From NCBI GenBank assembly GCA_036172245.1, contig JAYWIR010000001.1:868001-932000 (forward strand): a DNA stretch of 64,000 bases, in the 5' to 3' direction. The DNA is from Raillietiella orientalis. Lineage: Eukaryota. The notes beneath the pieces were generated by a model. The model did not search any database and was not told where the DNA came from. It saw nothing but the letters and a program-made list of their open reading frames with translations. The translations under genes and the position numbers were made by a program. Numbering within the stretch: position 1 is the first letter of the stretch; each line of letters opens with the position of its first letter. Shown in pieces: positions 9,901-21,900 of the stretch.

Positions 9901-12900
9901 AGGTAGCTCAAGAGATCGCCGTCCATCAACTCCAGGATGATGTAGATGGGGTCGCTGTCCAGGCACACGCCTAGCATCCTGAGGATGTGCTCGTGCTTGA
10001 AGTAACTCATCAGCTTGGCTTCTCTTATGAATTCGGCCTTGCTCGACTCGTTGGCGTTCTGCCTCAAGGTCTGCGCGCGCACACGATTGGAGCATGGTGT
10101 GTGTGTGTGACGGGGGGGGGAGGGGGTATTGTGGTCCTCACCTTGATGGCAACCTTTGCGTTCTGTCCAAACTCCGGGATGTTGGAAATCATTCCCTCGT
10201 AGACTTCCCCGAAAGCCCCGCTTCCCAGGAGTTTAATTTTTTCAATGCGATTCAACGGTATCTGTGGCAACAGCAAGAATTCCGCGTCAAGCGAGGAGTC
10301 GCTGATACCATACAGAGCGTTGACTTGCTGCAAGATAGCGGGATGGTGGATCCCATCCCTCAGATTAGCAAGTTCCACCGTGGGCAAAGGTGGAACATCT
10401 TGCTGAACCTTCTTCTCTTTCGAGTAAGCGCGGTAGACTGCAAGAGGACCGGAGTGTCTCGGTCGCCGCTGCGGGCGAAGGAAGCGCGCGATCCCCCCCC
10501 CTCCCTTCTCACCTCTGGTTATCCCCATGACGAGCACGGCAACGAAGGCGAAGAAGAGCAGGGTGGGCAGCACGACGATCAAGGTGAAGTCCGTCGCTCC
10601 CGACTTGACGGAGTACGACGAGCTGAACGTCAAGCTAGAGATGCTAAAGTCGCTCTGCCCGTAGGCGTTTTCCGCCTTCACCCGGAACACGTAGCCTTCG
10701 TCGGTCGCCAGGTTCTCGATGAGCCAGTAAGGATCTGCCAAGACGGGAACGGGCTCCAGGGAGGTCCCGCATCCCCACAAATTACCGGAGCCGTTGTAAA
10801 CTTCGCACCATTCCGACTTCCTCAAGGAGGACATCTCCAGGTGGTAGGACGAAATCGGCGCTCCGTTCATTCTGGGCACTTCCCACGTAACCCGGTAGGT
10901 GCCCAGGTCCGAGATCTGGATGACCGGGATCCCCGGAGGATCGGGCCTGGTTCCTGGAGAAAAACAAACAAAAACGGGAGTGAAGGACACAGGAATTCCG
11001 GAGGTCTGTGCCCTTTGCACGACCGCAGTCTCCGGCTTTCGGTGGCTCTGCGCGGGAAGCGCGCGGCCGACGGAGGCGCGAAACGCCCGAGTTTTTTCTA
11101 CCGTGAGGGTGGGACGCTCTCTCAGGCAGCCTCCCACATTTTCTGGACAGGTGGGGCTCCGTCCTCCTCTTCCTCCGCCCCTGCGCAGGTCGTCGTCGTC
11201 GTTGTTTTTTGTTTTTCCCTCCTCCGGTCTTCGGAGAAGGACTTCTGGATGCTCCCGATGCGCGAGAGGCGAAAAGTTGGCTTCGACCGTGGGCGATCGG
11301 CGCTTCCGGAGAAGGGGGCAGCCCGAGCGGAACGGAAGAAGCAAACGGTGCACCGCCCTCGGTCAACCGCTCAGGGAGGTAAGAAAAGCTCGGGGCGCAT
11401 CACTTGCCGCGCTCCGAGCCGAAAATGCCTGACTGCACCGCACCTGCAGCGATTCGCGGCTACTCCCGGCTTCCGCTTCCGCTGCTGCGCACGCGTCGCC
11501 GCCATCCTGAGACCGGGGGAAGATGCTCCTCCTCGTAGGACCTCCGGCGTGCTGCCTTGCACGAGCACCCGACCCTTCTTTGGGTGTCCTCTGACCGCGC
11601 GCGCGCGCGCCCTCCCCGTCGATAAAAATCCGGGCGAGCAGATACAGCGAGTGAGGCTGTTCAATGTCTTGACCTCGTCTTCGACGCAGCGCCCATCCAT
11701 CTTCGGTGACTGCAACCCGACTCCAGGATTTCATCCCGCACTTCAGGCTACGATATCGCGTTGCGAGAGACCGTGCGCAGGCGCGTCGGAAAGCTTTTTG
11801 GAACCGGTTCGGAATCGGCGCACGCGCGGGTGTGCGCATGCGTAGCGGCGTGTACACGTGTGTGTTTGGAAGTGTACATCCTTTCTCAACGAGCGCTCTT
11901 TCGGGATGCGGTCCCATTCCGAAAGCGCGCACGCTCTCACCATGGCTGCATCGCGCGTGCTTTCGGGTTTCTCGTCTTCGCCTCATCCGTTCCTCCCTTC
12001 CGTTCCGTTCCGTTTTTCGTTTCGCTCCCTTGCATGGCTCCAGACGCGTTTTATTTCAGCAGGTGGGCAGGAAAGAGGGAGGAGGACCAGCCGATGGCCG
12101 TCTCCCCCGTCCTTCGAAGCTCAGGGCAATTGCCAGCGAATTGGAGTTTCCCGGCATCATTGACAGCGGGCGCCAGAAAGAAATCAAACTATTCTACCCC
12201 CTCGCCCCTTCCAAGCCCTGGGGCACAAACAAACAAACTCCAAACGGCCCAACGTGAAAAATGAAATTTCCCGGCAGCCTTGGGAAAGCTTAGACCCCAT
12301 TGCCGGCATCTGTAACATCCGAAGAGAGGGAGAGGGAGTTCAAGTTGTCCAGAATGCCTGGGAGCGAGTCCAGGTTCCCAAGGAGGAAGGGGGAGGGGGG
12401 GAATCTCGGAATACTCCGCGAAGAGGAGAACTTTTTGATGTTGGGATTCTGTTTTCTTTCTTTCTTATCTCCATGCCGTTTTCCCGAATGCACGAACCAG
12501 AGTTAACGCTTGCTTTGTTTCGTTAACGTAGCCTTGGCAACAATGCAAACGGCCTCGGGCCATGTGATGCCGCTGTTGACAGTTACTGTGTACACACTGC
12601 GATTGAAATTCGGAGTTTGTACTCATGCACGCGTACTACACGTACACGTATTTAGAGAGAGAGAGAGGGGGGAGGGGGAGCTTGGACAAGGACGTATGCA
12701 CTCTTTCAACAGGAACGGCGTTTAAGAGAGGTTTAAGAAAATTTCATCAGGAATTCAGAGAGTATGAAATCGCCGTTTAAAATTGCGTGCATGGACGCAT
12801 GCTTTCCCGGGAGCACCGTTCCCGATACCCGAAGAACTCGGAGGTAACCTAGACGACGAAGGGGTCGAGGAAGCACGAGCGCCTCCAGCAAACGCGTTGC

Positions 12901-15900
12901 TGCACATCGCCGGTTGTCAAGCTCGAGCAGAGAGTAAAGGAAAACAGAGCGATACGCCTCACAGGGAAAAAAAGATGGGATTTCGGGGATGGGGGGGAAT
13001 CGCTTCAAGGAACTTAATAGGCTTCGTAATTTCCAAAGTGCGTCGTATACTTCGAAGGCGCCCTGCTGGAGTCTGCGCGGCTGCAATGCAGTCGTCATCC
13101 GCAGACGGCTGCACAGTGCTTCGCGCGACGGAGGACCGTTTTCAGGCATGGGGCGGGTCCCTCAGCAGAAACCATGGGAACCCGTGAGAGTCCCAACCTC
13201 ATAAAGGGGCTGCAGCCTTGGGAAAGCTCAACGGCGGGAAACGATCTCCAGCGACGGAAAAACGTTCCTGCGGGAAAATTCCCGTGCGCGTTCTCGTCGA
13301 TGACTGACAGAAAGGACATTCCTTTTCCCTTCCCGAAGGAAAAAAAGGGAACGGAATCCCAAGAATTACGCAGACGCGAACGGTAACCGGACTGGCTGCG
13401 AAAATCAACCACGCAGGGGAAGAAGACCTTGCTCCACCTCTCTGAGGAAAGGATGGGCCCGGCACTTTGCGTTTCACTTCTCCCGCATTCCCAAGTGCTG
13501 CCCGCTCATTCTGCTCAAGGAATTATGGCACCCCCGTTCGATCCGGGATTCCTAGTGCGGACGATTCGGGGCAGTGATCCGTGACGCTCATAAACACACC
13601 TCCGGTGACCTCGACATGCCCCAAAGTCGGCAGCCAACAGAGGCGGGTCCGGAAAGAGCTGCTCAGTGTGCGTGGGTGATGCAAACCGAACGGAACGAAC
13701 GTGCGCTCCCAGACCCAGGAAACTAACGAGCGGTTCCCATAGAAACTCCGGATTCTGCTCGGACTGGCTTCGATCGTGGCCTACCTCTCCTCGTGGGAGG
13801 GCCGTAAAAATTCGGTCGGAAGGGAGCAAAGGGTGGAGGACGTGGGAAGCGAGGGCAGAGACGCAGGAGGGGGCCTGTCGTTCCGTCCGAGTTCTTCGCG
13901 GGAAGGAAGGGAGGCGACTGCCTTCCAGCGCTACCAACCAGGCCCCGCGCGGACTCCCCATGTGAGAGATCGAGGATGGTTTCTGGGAGCAGTTGAGAAT
14001 CGGCAGCATCACCTCTCGGTCCTCAAACAAACAGACCCACCTTCGCCCGCCCGGTTCACCCCACGGGGCTGCTTTGATGGTGGACGTGATGCTGGTTCGC
14101 ATCATTTTCTATAACGATCCTTCTTCTTCTTCCCTTCCTTTTCTTTCTTTTCTCCCTTCCTCCTCTATTCCACCTTCTTGTTTCCTCCTCATCGTCTCTT
14201 CCTCCTCTTCCTTTCCTTCTTCCTCCATTCCACCTTTTCCTCCTTCCCTCCTCCTCCTCTTCCCTTCCCCGTCCATTCCTTCTCCTCCTCCTTTCCTCCC
14301 TCCCATGTTTTCCTCCTTCCCTCTTCCTCTTCTCTTCCTTCTTTCCTCTTCCTCGTTCCTTCCTCCCTTTCTCCTCGTTCCTCCCTCCTCCTTGCGTCGA
14401 AATAAGCAAAGAGGAAAAGAGAGAGAGATAAACGCACGCTGCTTTCGAAAAGGCAGCATCTTTTGGCTTATATCCGGGAAAACACCCTCGAGACACGAGA
14501 GGATTTCGGTTTTCGGTGAGCCTGGAACCCGCTGAGGTCGCATGTTCCCCCTCGCGTGTTTCTGTGACACACCTGAGGCGCGCCGCTTCCGTCCGATAGG
14601 GAAGATCCGAGAGGTCAGTCCCCGACGGACGCCCCCCAAAGGAGCGCCCGTCCGGAGCAGCCCGGGGCGCCCTGCATTGAGCGGGGCCACCTCCGTGCTG
14701 TCCGGAGCCGCGAACGTCGGAGAATCGGAGTGCTCCCGCTCCCTGCTCTCAGGGGTTGCGACCTCCCGAGTCGGTCTGCTCCTGAGCGCAGAAGCTGCGG
14801 AGGGAGAAAGGGCACGGATGAGGGTCCTTCGCCCTTTGTCGCGGAGCGAGGGGCGCGGGGGGGATACCGGTGGTTCTGGATCGCTCCGCAAGGGGCAGGC
14901 ACGGACTGAAATCTCGGGGAGGGCGCCACCTACAGGCCCAGAAGGGAACGGGGAGGGGAAGCCGGAAGACGTCCTATACGGCGACGCTCCTCCACCAGGC
15001 GGAAAACTCCGGTAGTCTCGAGGGGGAGAATAGGATGCAAATGGTCCAGCCGGATCCGCCTCCACGTAGCGGCCCCCAGGCGGGAGCGGTTCGAGAGCAA
15101 GTCGCCATCGTGGTCGTCCCTTGTGACCTTCCCTTCCGACATCCCTCGGCAGACAGGTGGGGAGGGAGCACCTGCACACCTTCGGGCAAGGCGCAGGTGA
15201 GGTGCCCCTTCCAGCATCTACCCTGATCCTGCCACCTTCGGGGGAGCACGGGGGGACGGAGAAGGGGAGAAACCGCGATTCAAGCTTCTCGGGGAGGGAG
15301 AACGGCAGGGGAGCTGTCGGCCCACTGCCTCCCCTCCCTGTCGCAGAGGTCCCGGAGACGGGTCCCGCGGAGGGCGAAGGGGGCCAAAGCAAGCGCGTGC
15401 ACCTGCCCAGAGGGAGCGTACGGGAGGCGGAACCTTCCGGAGAAGAGGAGCCACCGCGGAAAGGGAGAACAAGGAAGAGGGGGACTCACCTGCCGTCCTG
15501 AACTGGAACCGGGGACTCCGCGGCCAGGGATAGCGGAGAGCCGACCTCTCGTACTGCAGGGACAGCCGCAGGACGTACATGGAGGCCGGCAGTAGGCCGT
15601 GTAGCTCCATGTAGTAGGTGCGGTTGCTCTGGGTGACATAGTCCGGGTTGCTGCCGACCCAGTCGTGCTGCCCCTCTTCGCGGTGCTCCAGCCTGTGCCT
15701 GCGAAAGAAATGACAGTCAGGAAACAAACAAAAGGGGGGAGCAGCAAAAACTCCCACTCTTCCGCTTCTTCTTCCCTCCTCTTCCTCCTTCTTCCTCCTT
15801 TCATCCTCCTCTTCTCTATCTCCTCCTTTCTTCCTCCTCTTTTCTTTCTCCTCCTTCCTCGTCCTCCTTTTCTTCCCTTCCTCCTCCTCCTTCCTTCCTC

Positions 15901-18900
15901 CCCTTCCTCGTCTTCCTCTTTCCTTCTTCCCTTCTTCTTCTTTCCTTCCCCCCTTCCTCCTCCATTCTACCTTCTTTCCTTCCTTTTTCTCCTCTTCCTC
16001 TATCTTCCTTGTCCTCTTCTTCCCTTTTTCTCGTCCTAATCTTCCATCCAACTTTCTCCTTTCCTCCTTTCGTCCTCCTCCTCTTATTCCCTTCTTCTTT
16101 GCCTCCTCTTCCTCTTCGGCCTCTCCTTTTATTTTTCCTTCCATTCCCTCTTCCCTTCCTCCGCCTCCCTTCTTCCCTCTTCCTCGTCCTCTTCCCCCTT
16201 TCTCGTTCTCCTTAGCCGACCTATTCCTTGCTTCATCCCACCATCCCTTCCTCTCCCTTTCCTCCCGAACGCCGAAGCGGTTTCGATCCCTTGGGGGTGG
16301 GGGTGGTATCAGGTACCTGGTAACGAACGCCTGCGTCGAGGTCCACTTCACCACCAGGGAGCTCTCATTAGATCTGACCAGCAGGATGGGCTCCGGCTCG
16401 CGGAGCATCCGTACCGTCAGCGGGGCGCTCGAGCTGGAGCTCTTCTTGTCTTCCGAGTACGCCAGCACCTACAGGGAGACGTGAGAAGGGTGACGCTCCC
16501 CCTCTCTTGCAGCGGCCACCCGCGCGCCTGCCTGGAATCGCCCTGCACCCGGCTACGCAGGACGGAGACAGCTCGAGAGCTCTGCAGGTCTTCCCTCAGG
16601 GGTGCGGTGGACCAAGGGCGGGGGTCCGAGGTGCAAGTTACGAACCTTCACTTCGCACTCCCGGGAGGCCGGGAGGTTCCTAATGGTGACCGAGAACACG
16701 TCGCCCTCGTTGGGATGCGGCGGAGGCGTCTCCTTGCTCTCCTTGATGATCCCCTCGCACTTCCAGATCACGGCGTAGCGCACCCGGTTCCCGTTGGGGA
16801 ACTCGGGCCTCGCCCATGTCACCAGGACCTCGGTAGGCGTTAAGGGATGACCTTCCACGTCCCTCGGAGGACTGGGCGCTGGAGGAAAAGCAGAAAAGCC
16901 TGTTTTTTGGTTTTCGTTTTTTTCCCGCTGAGCGGAGCCACGAGCACACCCGCGTGCGACGGAGCCGACCGGATTAGCGTTCCTTTCCGTCTAGACCACC
17001 CTTCGTGCCGTTTGGACGTAGCAGCTCCCGTGAGGTGAAGAGCAGCACCCAGCGGGATGGGGCCCAGAGAGGTCAAAGTCCCTCCCTGTCGAATGGGACG
17101 TGTCGAAAGGCCGTAGGGGACGCAACAGACCGCCGCACACCACCACTGCGGTACGGCGCGTTGCATGGGCTGTACGACGATACCGGCCAATCGAATTCTT
17201 GCGTCACACGTGACGCAATGATTCTTTTGGCGCAAGATCCCGCTCCGTCACTCGCGACCCTGATTGGTAGATGCCGACTACGCAAGGCGGTTGATTTTCC
17301 CACGCGCGCTCTTTCGAAAGCACCAAACGTTCCAAAGAAAGCAGTGTTCTCAGTCATTGAAGCGGTAAAAAGAAAAAAAAAAAAAAGAACGAAAGAAGGG
17401 AAATAAAACAGCTGAACGTTGGAAGCTAATTGCGGTGCACTGAGGAGGGTTGTACGTCCTAAAGCTTTCCTTCTGACAATGCCATCGCATTCGAGTCGGC
17501 AGCGTCGTGTTTGCAGGGTTACCAAAGACGTCATCTACTGTACGTTTGCTCGCGTGTTCACCCATGGTCTCGTCATTTTTCTGTTTTCCTCTTTAATATC
17601 TCCCATGTTTTGCTGCTGAATCGCAGCTCTCTCAACCTCCAAGCATTTGAGGAGAGCCGCGCACCAACAAACGAAAACAGTAGGGCAGACGGGTTCGGTC
17701 ACCTACTGAGGGAGGGAACCCACGCATCCACCATTGAACAACCGCCTGCGCAGAAGTCTTGCGCAGGCGCTTACGAGAGAGCTTCACGCCTCCGTCCTCG
17801 CGCGACGCTCGCTTCGCTGTGACCCTGAAAGAGTAGATTTCTCACACTGCCCGAGGGAGACAGACACCTCTCGGGGATACGAACGGTTCGACAGGGAGGG
17901 AGGTGCAACGGCGGAGGGCAACTCACTTCCCGGCAAGGTCTGCACTTCCAGGACGTTCGTCCATCGCTCGCCATCCGGGACGAATTCCGGAAAGCGGTCA
18001 GTGTAGTAGTTTCTCAGGTCCATGTGGATCACGTAGAGAGTGAAAGGTCTCAGAGAGAGGAGAGACAGCATCCTTTCATATGTTTCCTGGAGGATGAGAA
18101 AAACGGGAGGGGGACGTGAAAGCTGTGGGGTGCGATCTTCGACTGCGCTGCTGACCTGACGGAAGCAGCGGCCTTCCGCGCTCGCATTCCGAGCGCACAG
18201 CCGCCGGTCAAACCGGTCCTTCTCTCCGTAGTCGACCACGTAGTACACCCTGGGCATGCTCAAGGGAGAACACGGAGAAGGCGGTCCCTCGGGAAGCCGG
18301 ATTGTTATGGACGTAGAGGTGACTTCCTCCACCACGGGTGCGACCTCTGACCTTTCCGGGACGATGCACCTTGCGTCTGGAGACGCGGAACTTGGCGCTT
18401 GGGGCTTTGCGCGCTCCCTGCGAGCGCCCGCAGACACCCACCCACCTGGAAGAGGCTGCGCGTGACGCCCGACGGGAAGAACCTCGCTGTAGTTGCGGTG
18501 CGGGACCAACTGCGGGAGATCAGACAGGGGAGCAGGCGGCGCGCCCACGTGCGAGCCGGGCAAGGACGGCGGCGCTCCATGGAGAAGGACGCGGTAGCTG
18601 TCGCCGGACTCCGGGCTCGAGAGACGGCGGCCTGACAGAAAATCAAGAGCGTTTGGAGCTACTGGTTGCACCGGTCCGTCATCGGTCCTGCTGCTGGTCA
18701 ACCAGAGCGTGGAACGTACCTTCTGCAATGGGGTCCAGGTCCATCACCGGAACGCACGTGCACCCGTGAATGTCGGACTGCACGATCCTCTGGGCACGCA
18801 GATCGGCGAAGAGCAAGGAAGAGTTCGTCACGGCAAACCGGCTGTGGATGCTGCCGACCTCGGTACAGTTGCACGGCTTCCTATGAGGAACGGGATGAAC

Positions 18901-21900
18901 CCGTGCAGAGCATTCGCGCCAGGCGTGCCGCAGCTCACGTACCTCTCTTGGAAAAACCGCTGGGTGTTGCCTCTCATGTCTGACAGGATTAGGTTTCCAG
19001 AAGACCTGCTCGTCCACACCAGCATGCTGCAACAGGGCAATGAACACAGCGAAAGCCATGGGAAGAGACCGTAGACGATGATGGAAGGAACCCGCAGACA
19101 ACAATGGGAAGAGCCCTTAGGCAACAATGGAAGGAAACCGCACCCAACAATGGGAAGAACCCGTAGGCAACAATGGAAAGGTCCCGCAAGCAGCTACAGA
19201 AGGAACTCGTAGGCGACAGCACGAAAAGCGCAGGGGTAACAATGGAAGGAGTTAGATTTTTTTAGAGGTCGACGTTTATTTACATACTCTCACTCTGCAT
19301 AGTGAGTCACCGATTAGGGGAGAAGATACCTAAGAAGGAACAGTTTTTATGATCGCAAAGTTGGCACATTTCTCAGAAAGAGAACGGTGTCAACTTTGCG
19401 GTCATTCCTTCCTTTTTCTTCTTTGTCTCCTTTTTTTTCCCTTTGAAATTAGAAGAGAATAAGTTTCTTGAAACTTTTTCGCACCGTTTGCGAATTTTCG
19501 GAAGTGACCTTAGGCTAACTGAATTGCAGTGAGGAGATCGAAGACGAGGGCGCAGTTACCAAAAGCAAACAGGAATGTTTGTTTCGAGGAGTTGCAAGTG
19601 GAGGGTGGATCGGAAAGGCAAACACGGAGGTTCCACGGATGCAACACCTGGAGAGTTCAATCCGTTCAAAACACCTCTAAAAAGAAGAAAAGAAAAGGCA
19701 GTTGGACCGCGATGAGCGGGAAGGAGGTACCCATTTGCGAGCAAGAAGGGTGACCTCGGTTGCGAGATTCGGACAAGGAGGACATAGCATTCCTGAATAG
19801 GTTCGTGTAGGAAGGTGAGGATAACGGTCTCCGCGGCGGACATTGGAGAGTGGCGCTTGGGGCTGCTTTGTGTTCCAGCATCGAATTCACAGCGAACCAG
19901 GAATGAAAATACCTTTCACGGTCCTTCGCTTTCCTGTTACCCTATTGCGGGACCTCTGATGCGGAAAGCGAAGAGGTGAGCGTGCGTCACTTTTCGTTCG
20001 CTTTCCATGAAACAGCGTCATGACCGAGACTCGGGGGCCGAACACATTCTCTTCGGTGCGGTGCCCTTTGGGCGATTCCTGGGACCCGTCACAAAGGTGG
20101 AAAAGAAGCGAATGAGCAACCCGGCTTGCAGGATACCCAGAGGTTTAGGAACACGCCGAGAGGTTAGGAGACCGGCAACGAACGGGAGCGCCTTTGCGAG
20201 GGCGTGCTTCCTCCTCTTCGTCCTCCTCTTCGTGGCGGGGGGTGCGCGGGGCTGAAAGCGCGCGCCGTGGCTGCCAGAAGAGGGCAGCCTACAGGGAGTC
20301 TCGCCAAGGGCAGAAGGAGATCCGGGACCGAGGGCAGCGGCCGACCCTTTCCTCGCAACCTTCGCTTTCGCTTCCTCCGGGTCTGCACACGCCACTGCAC
20401 GGACGGAGATCCTCGGACGAGAAACGGGCGGGTGCACCCACCCGCCCGGAGCGGACGAAACCTCTAGCCACGGAGGCCGACGGGGTCGTTTCCGGCCGGA
20501 CAGCAAAAGCAGCGCACGCCTCTGTTGGAATAGGGGGGGAGGAACTGTGGGAACGCAAACACGTAGGAAAAGGGAGAGACGAGAACCAGGAAGAGGCGGG
20601 GAAGGGGGCGGTGCTCAGGGGGGGGGGGGAATTGGGAAGAAGAAAATACCTGCGAAACGGCAGGACTTCCATCCATCCCACGGAGTCGTTCGCTCTGAAG
20701 AGGAGCTCCGCGACGCTCCCGTAGTTCAGATCAAGGCGGTAGACTGCCGCAGCCGGAGAGCCGCCAGGGTCTTCGATCGCTTGGCACCAGAAGAGGCAGC
20801 GCGTGATCCAATCCACTGACAGGCTTGTCACCTTGTCGTCCATGGAGATGAGCTGGAGCCAGAGCGTTGGGCGGGTGCAGCGGTCCCCGCGCGCGCCACC
20901 CGACCTTCCTGCGCTCGTTGTTCTTCAGCGAGCTGCTGTAGAGGCTGCTCTCGCTATCGACGTAGAACAGGAAGCCATCTTGCTGGAGCACGGCGAGGTA
21001 CAGGATCGCACAGGAGTGGACGATGAGTATCCTTTCCTCCCGGAGGTCCACGTCCACCTCCTGAGAGGAGAAAGACAGATGTGCCTCCTAATTTCGAGCG
21101 TGCCCCGGGGGGGCACTCCAGTCGAGGGTGGAGGAGGCGTTTCTGCGGTCGAGAGTGGCAAGATGCAAAGTGCCTGACGGCTCTCCCAACGACCTCACTT
21201 CCCCTCCCCTCCCCCTCGCCGCCCAATAGTGTGGACGACACACCTCGAGCACCCGGAGTGACTTCCCTCGCGGCATTCAGTCCGGAGAAATTAACGGATG
21301 CCGCATCCGAGCCTCCGGACACCAGACGCGCCAGCATCTGCGCTCGGGGCCGTAAATTTTTTTTCTCTCCGGGGAGAAGGTCCATAAAAACACCTCCTCC
21401 TCCCTTGGATCCTTCGCTCCCGGAAAAATACGCAAAAAAAACAACCCTCCAAGGAGGAGCAGACACCAGTCGAACTTCCGACGCCATGCCGGCGGGAAGG
21501 GAAACGCCCCGAAGATTTACAGCGCCACGGATTGCTCCCTTCGACGATTGGGAGGAAGGAAAAGAGGAGCTCCGGTAAGATGGTTCAGCTCGTCCCAAGA
21601 TGAATAACGGCGCGTGTGCCCTAAGGACGGGGGCACGTGGCGCGCGTCTCGAGGCCACCGCGCGCGTATCTACTGCTGTTGCTGCTTCTCCTCCTTCGAC
21701 AACAGCAGAATGGAAGGAGACCTCTTCATTTCGGAAGGACTTCCCACACCTCTGAGCCTTTCACCCTCTGCGCCTCCGAATTCTTTTTCCCTTGGTCCTC
21801 AAAGGTCCCGCAACTTCCCCACCTGAAGACGAAAAGGGAGAGTGGGAGGAGACTTCCACCTTTGCGACACCTCGGAAGACGCAGCCCTCAGCGGTCGGCA

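Noticed and set aside
10094..11845. 583-aa plus-strand ORF
   Set aside because: Antisense shadow of GC-rich sev exons; no recognisable domain.
12990..13080. [11 protein letters not shown] resembling a piggyBac transposase motif
   Set aside because: No other piggyBac motifs or terminal repeats were recognised.
19052..19250. Repeat array as a CRISPR candidate
   Set aside because: Tandem degenerate units without unique spacers, in a eukaryotic intron, with no cas genes.
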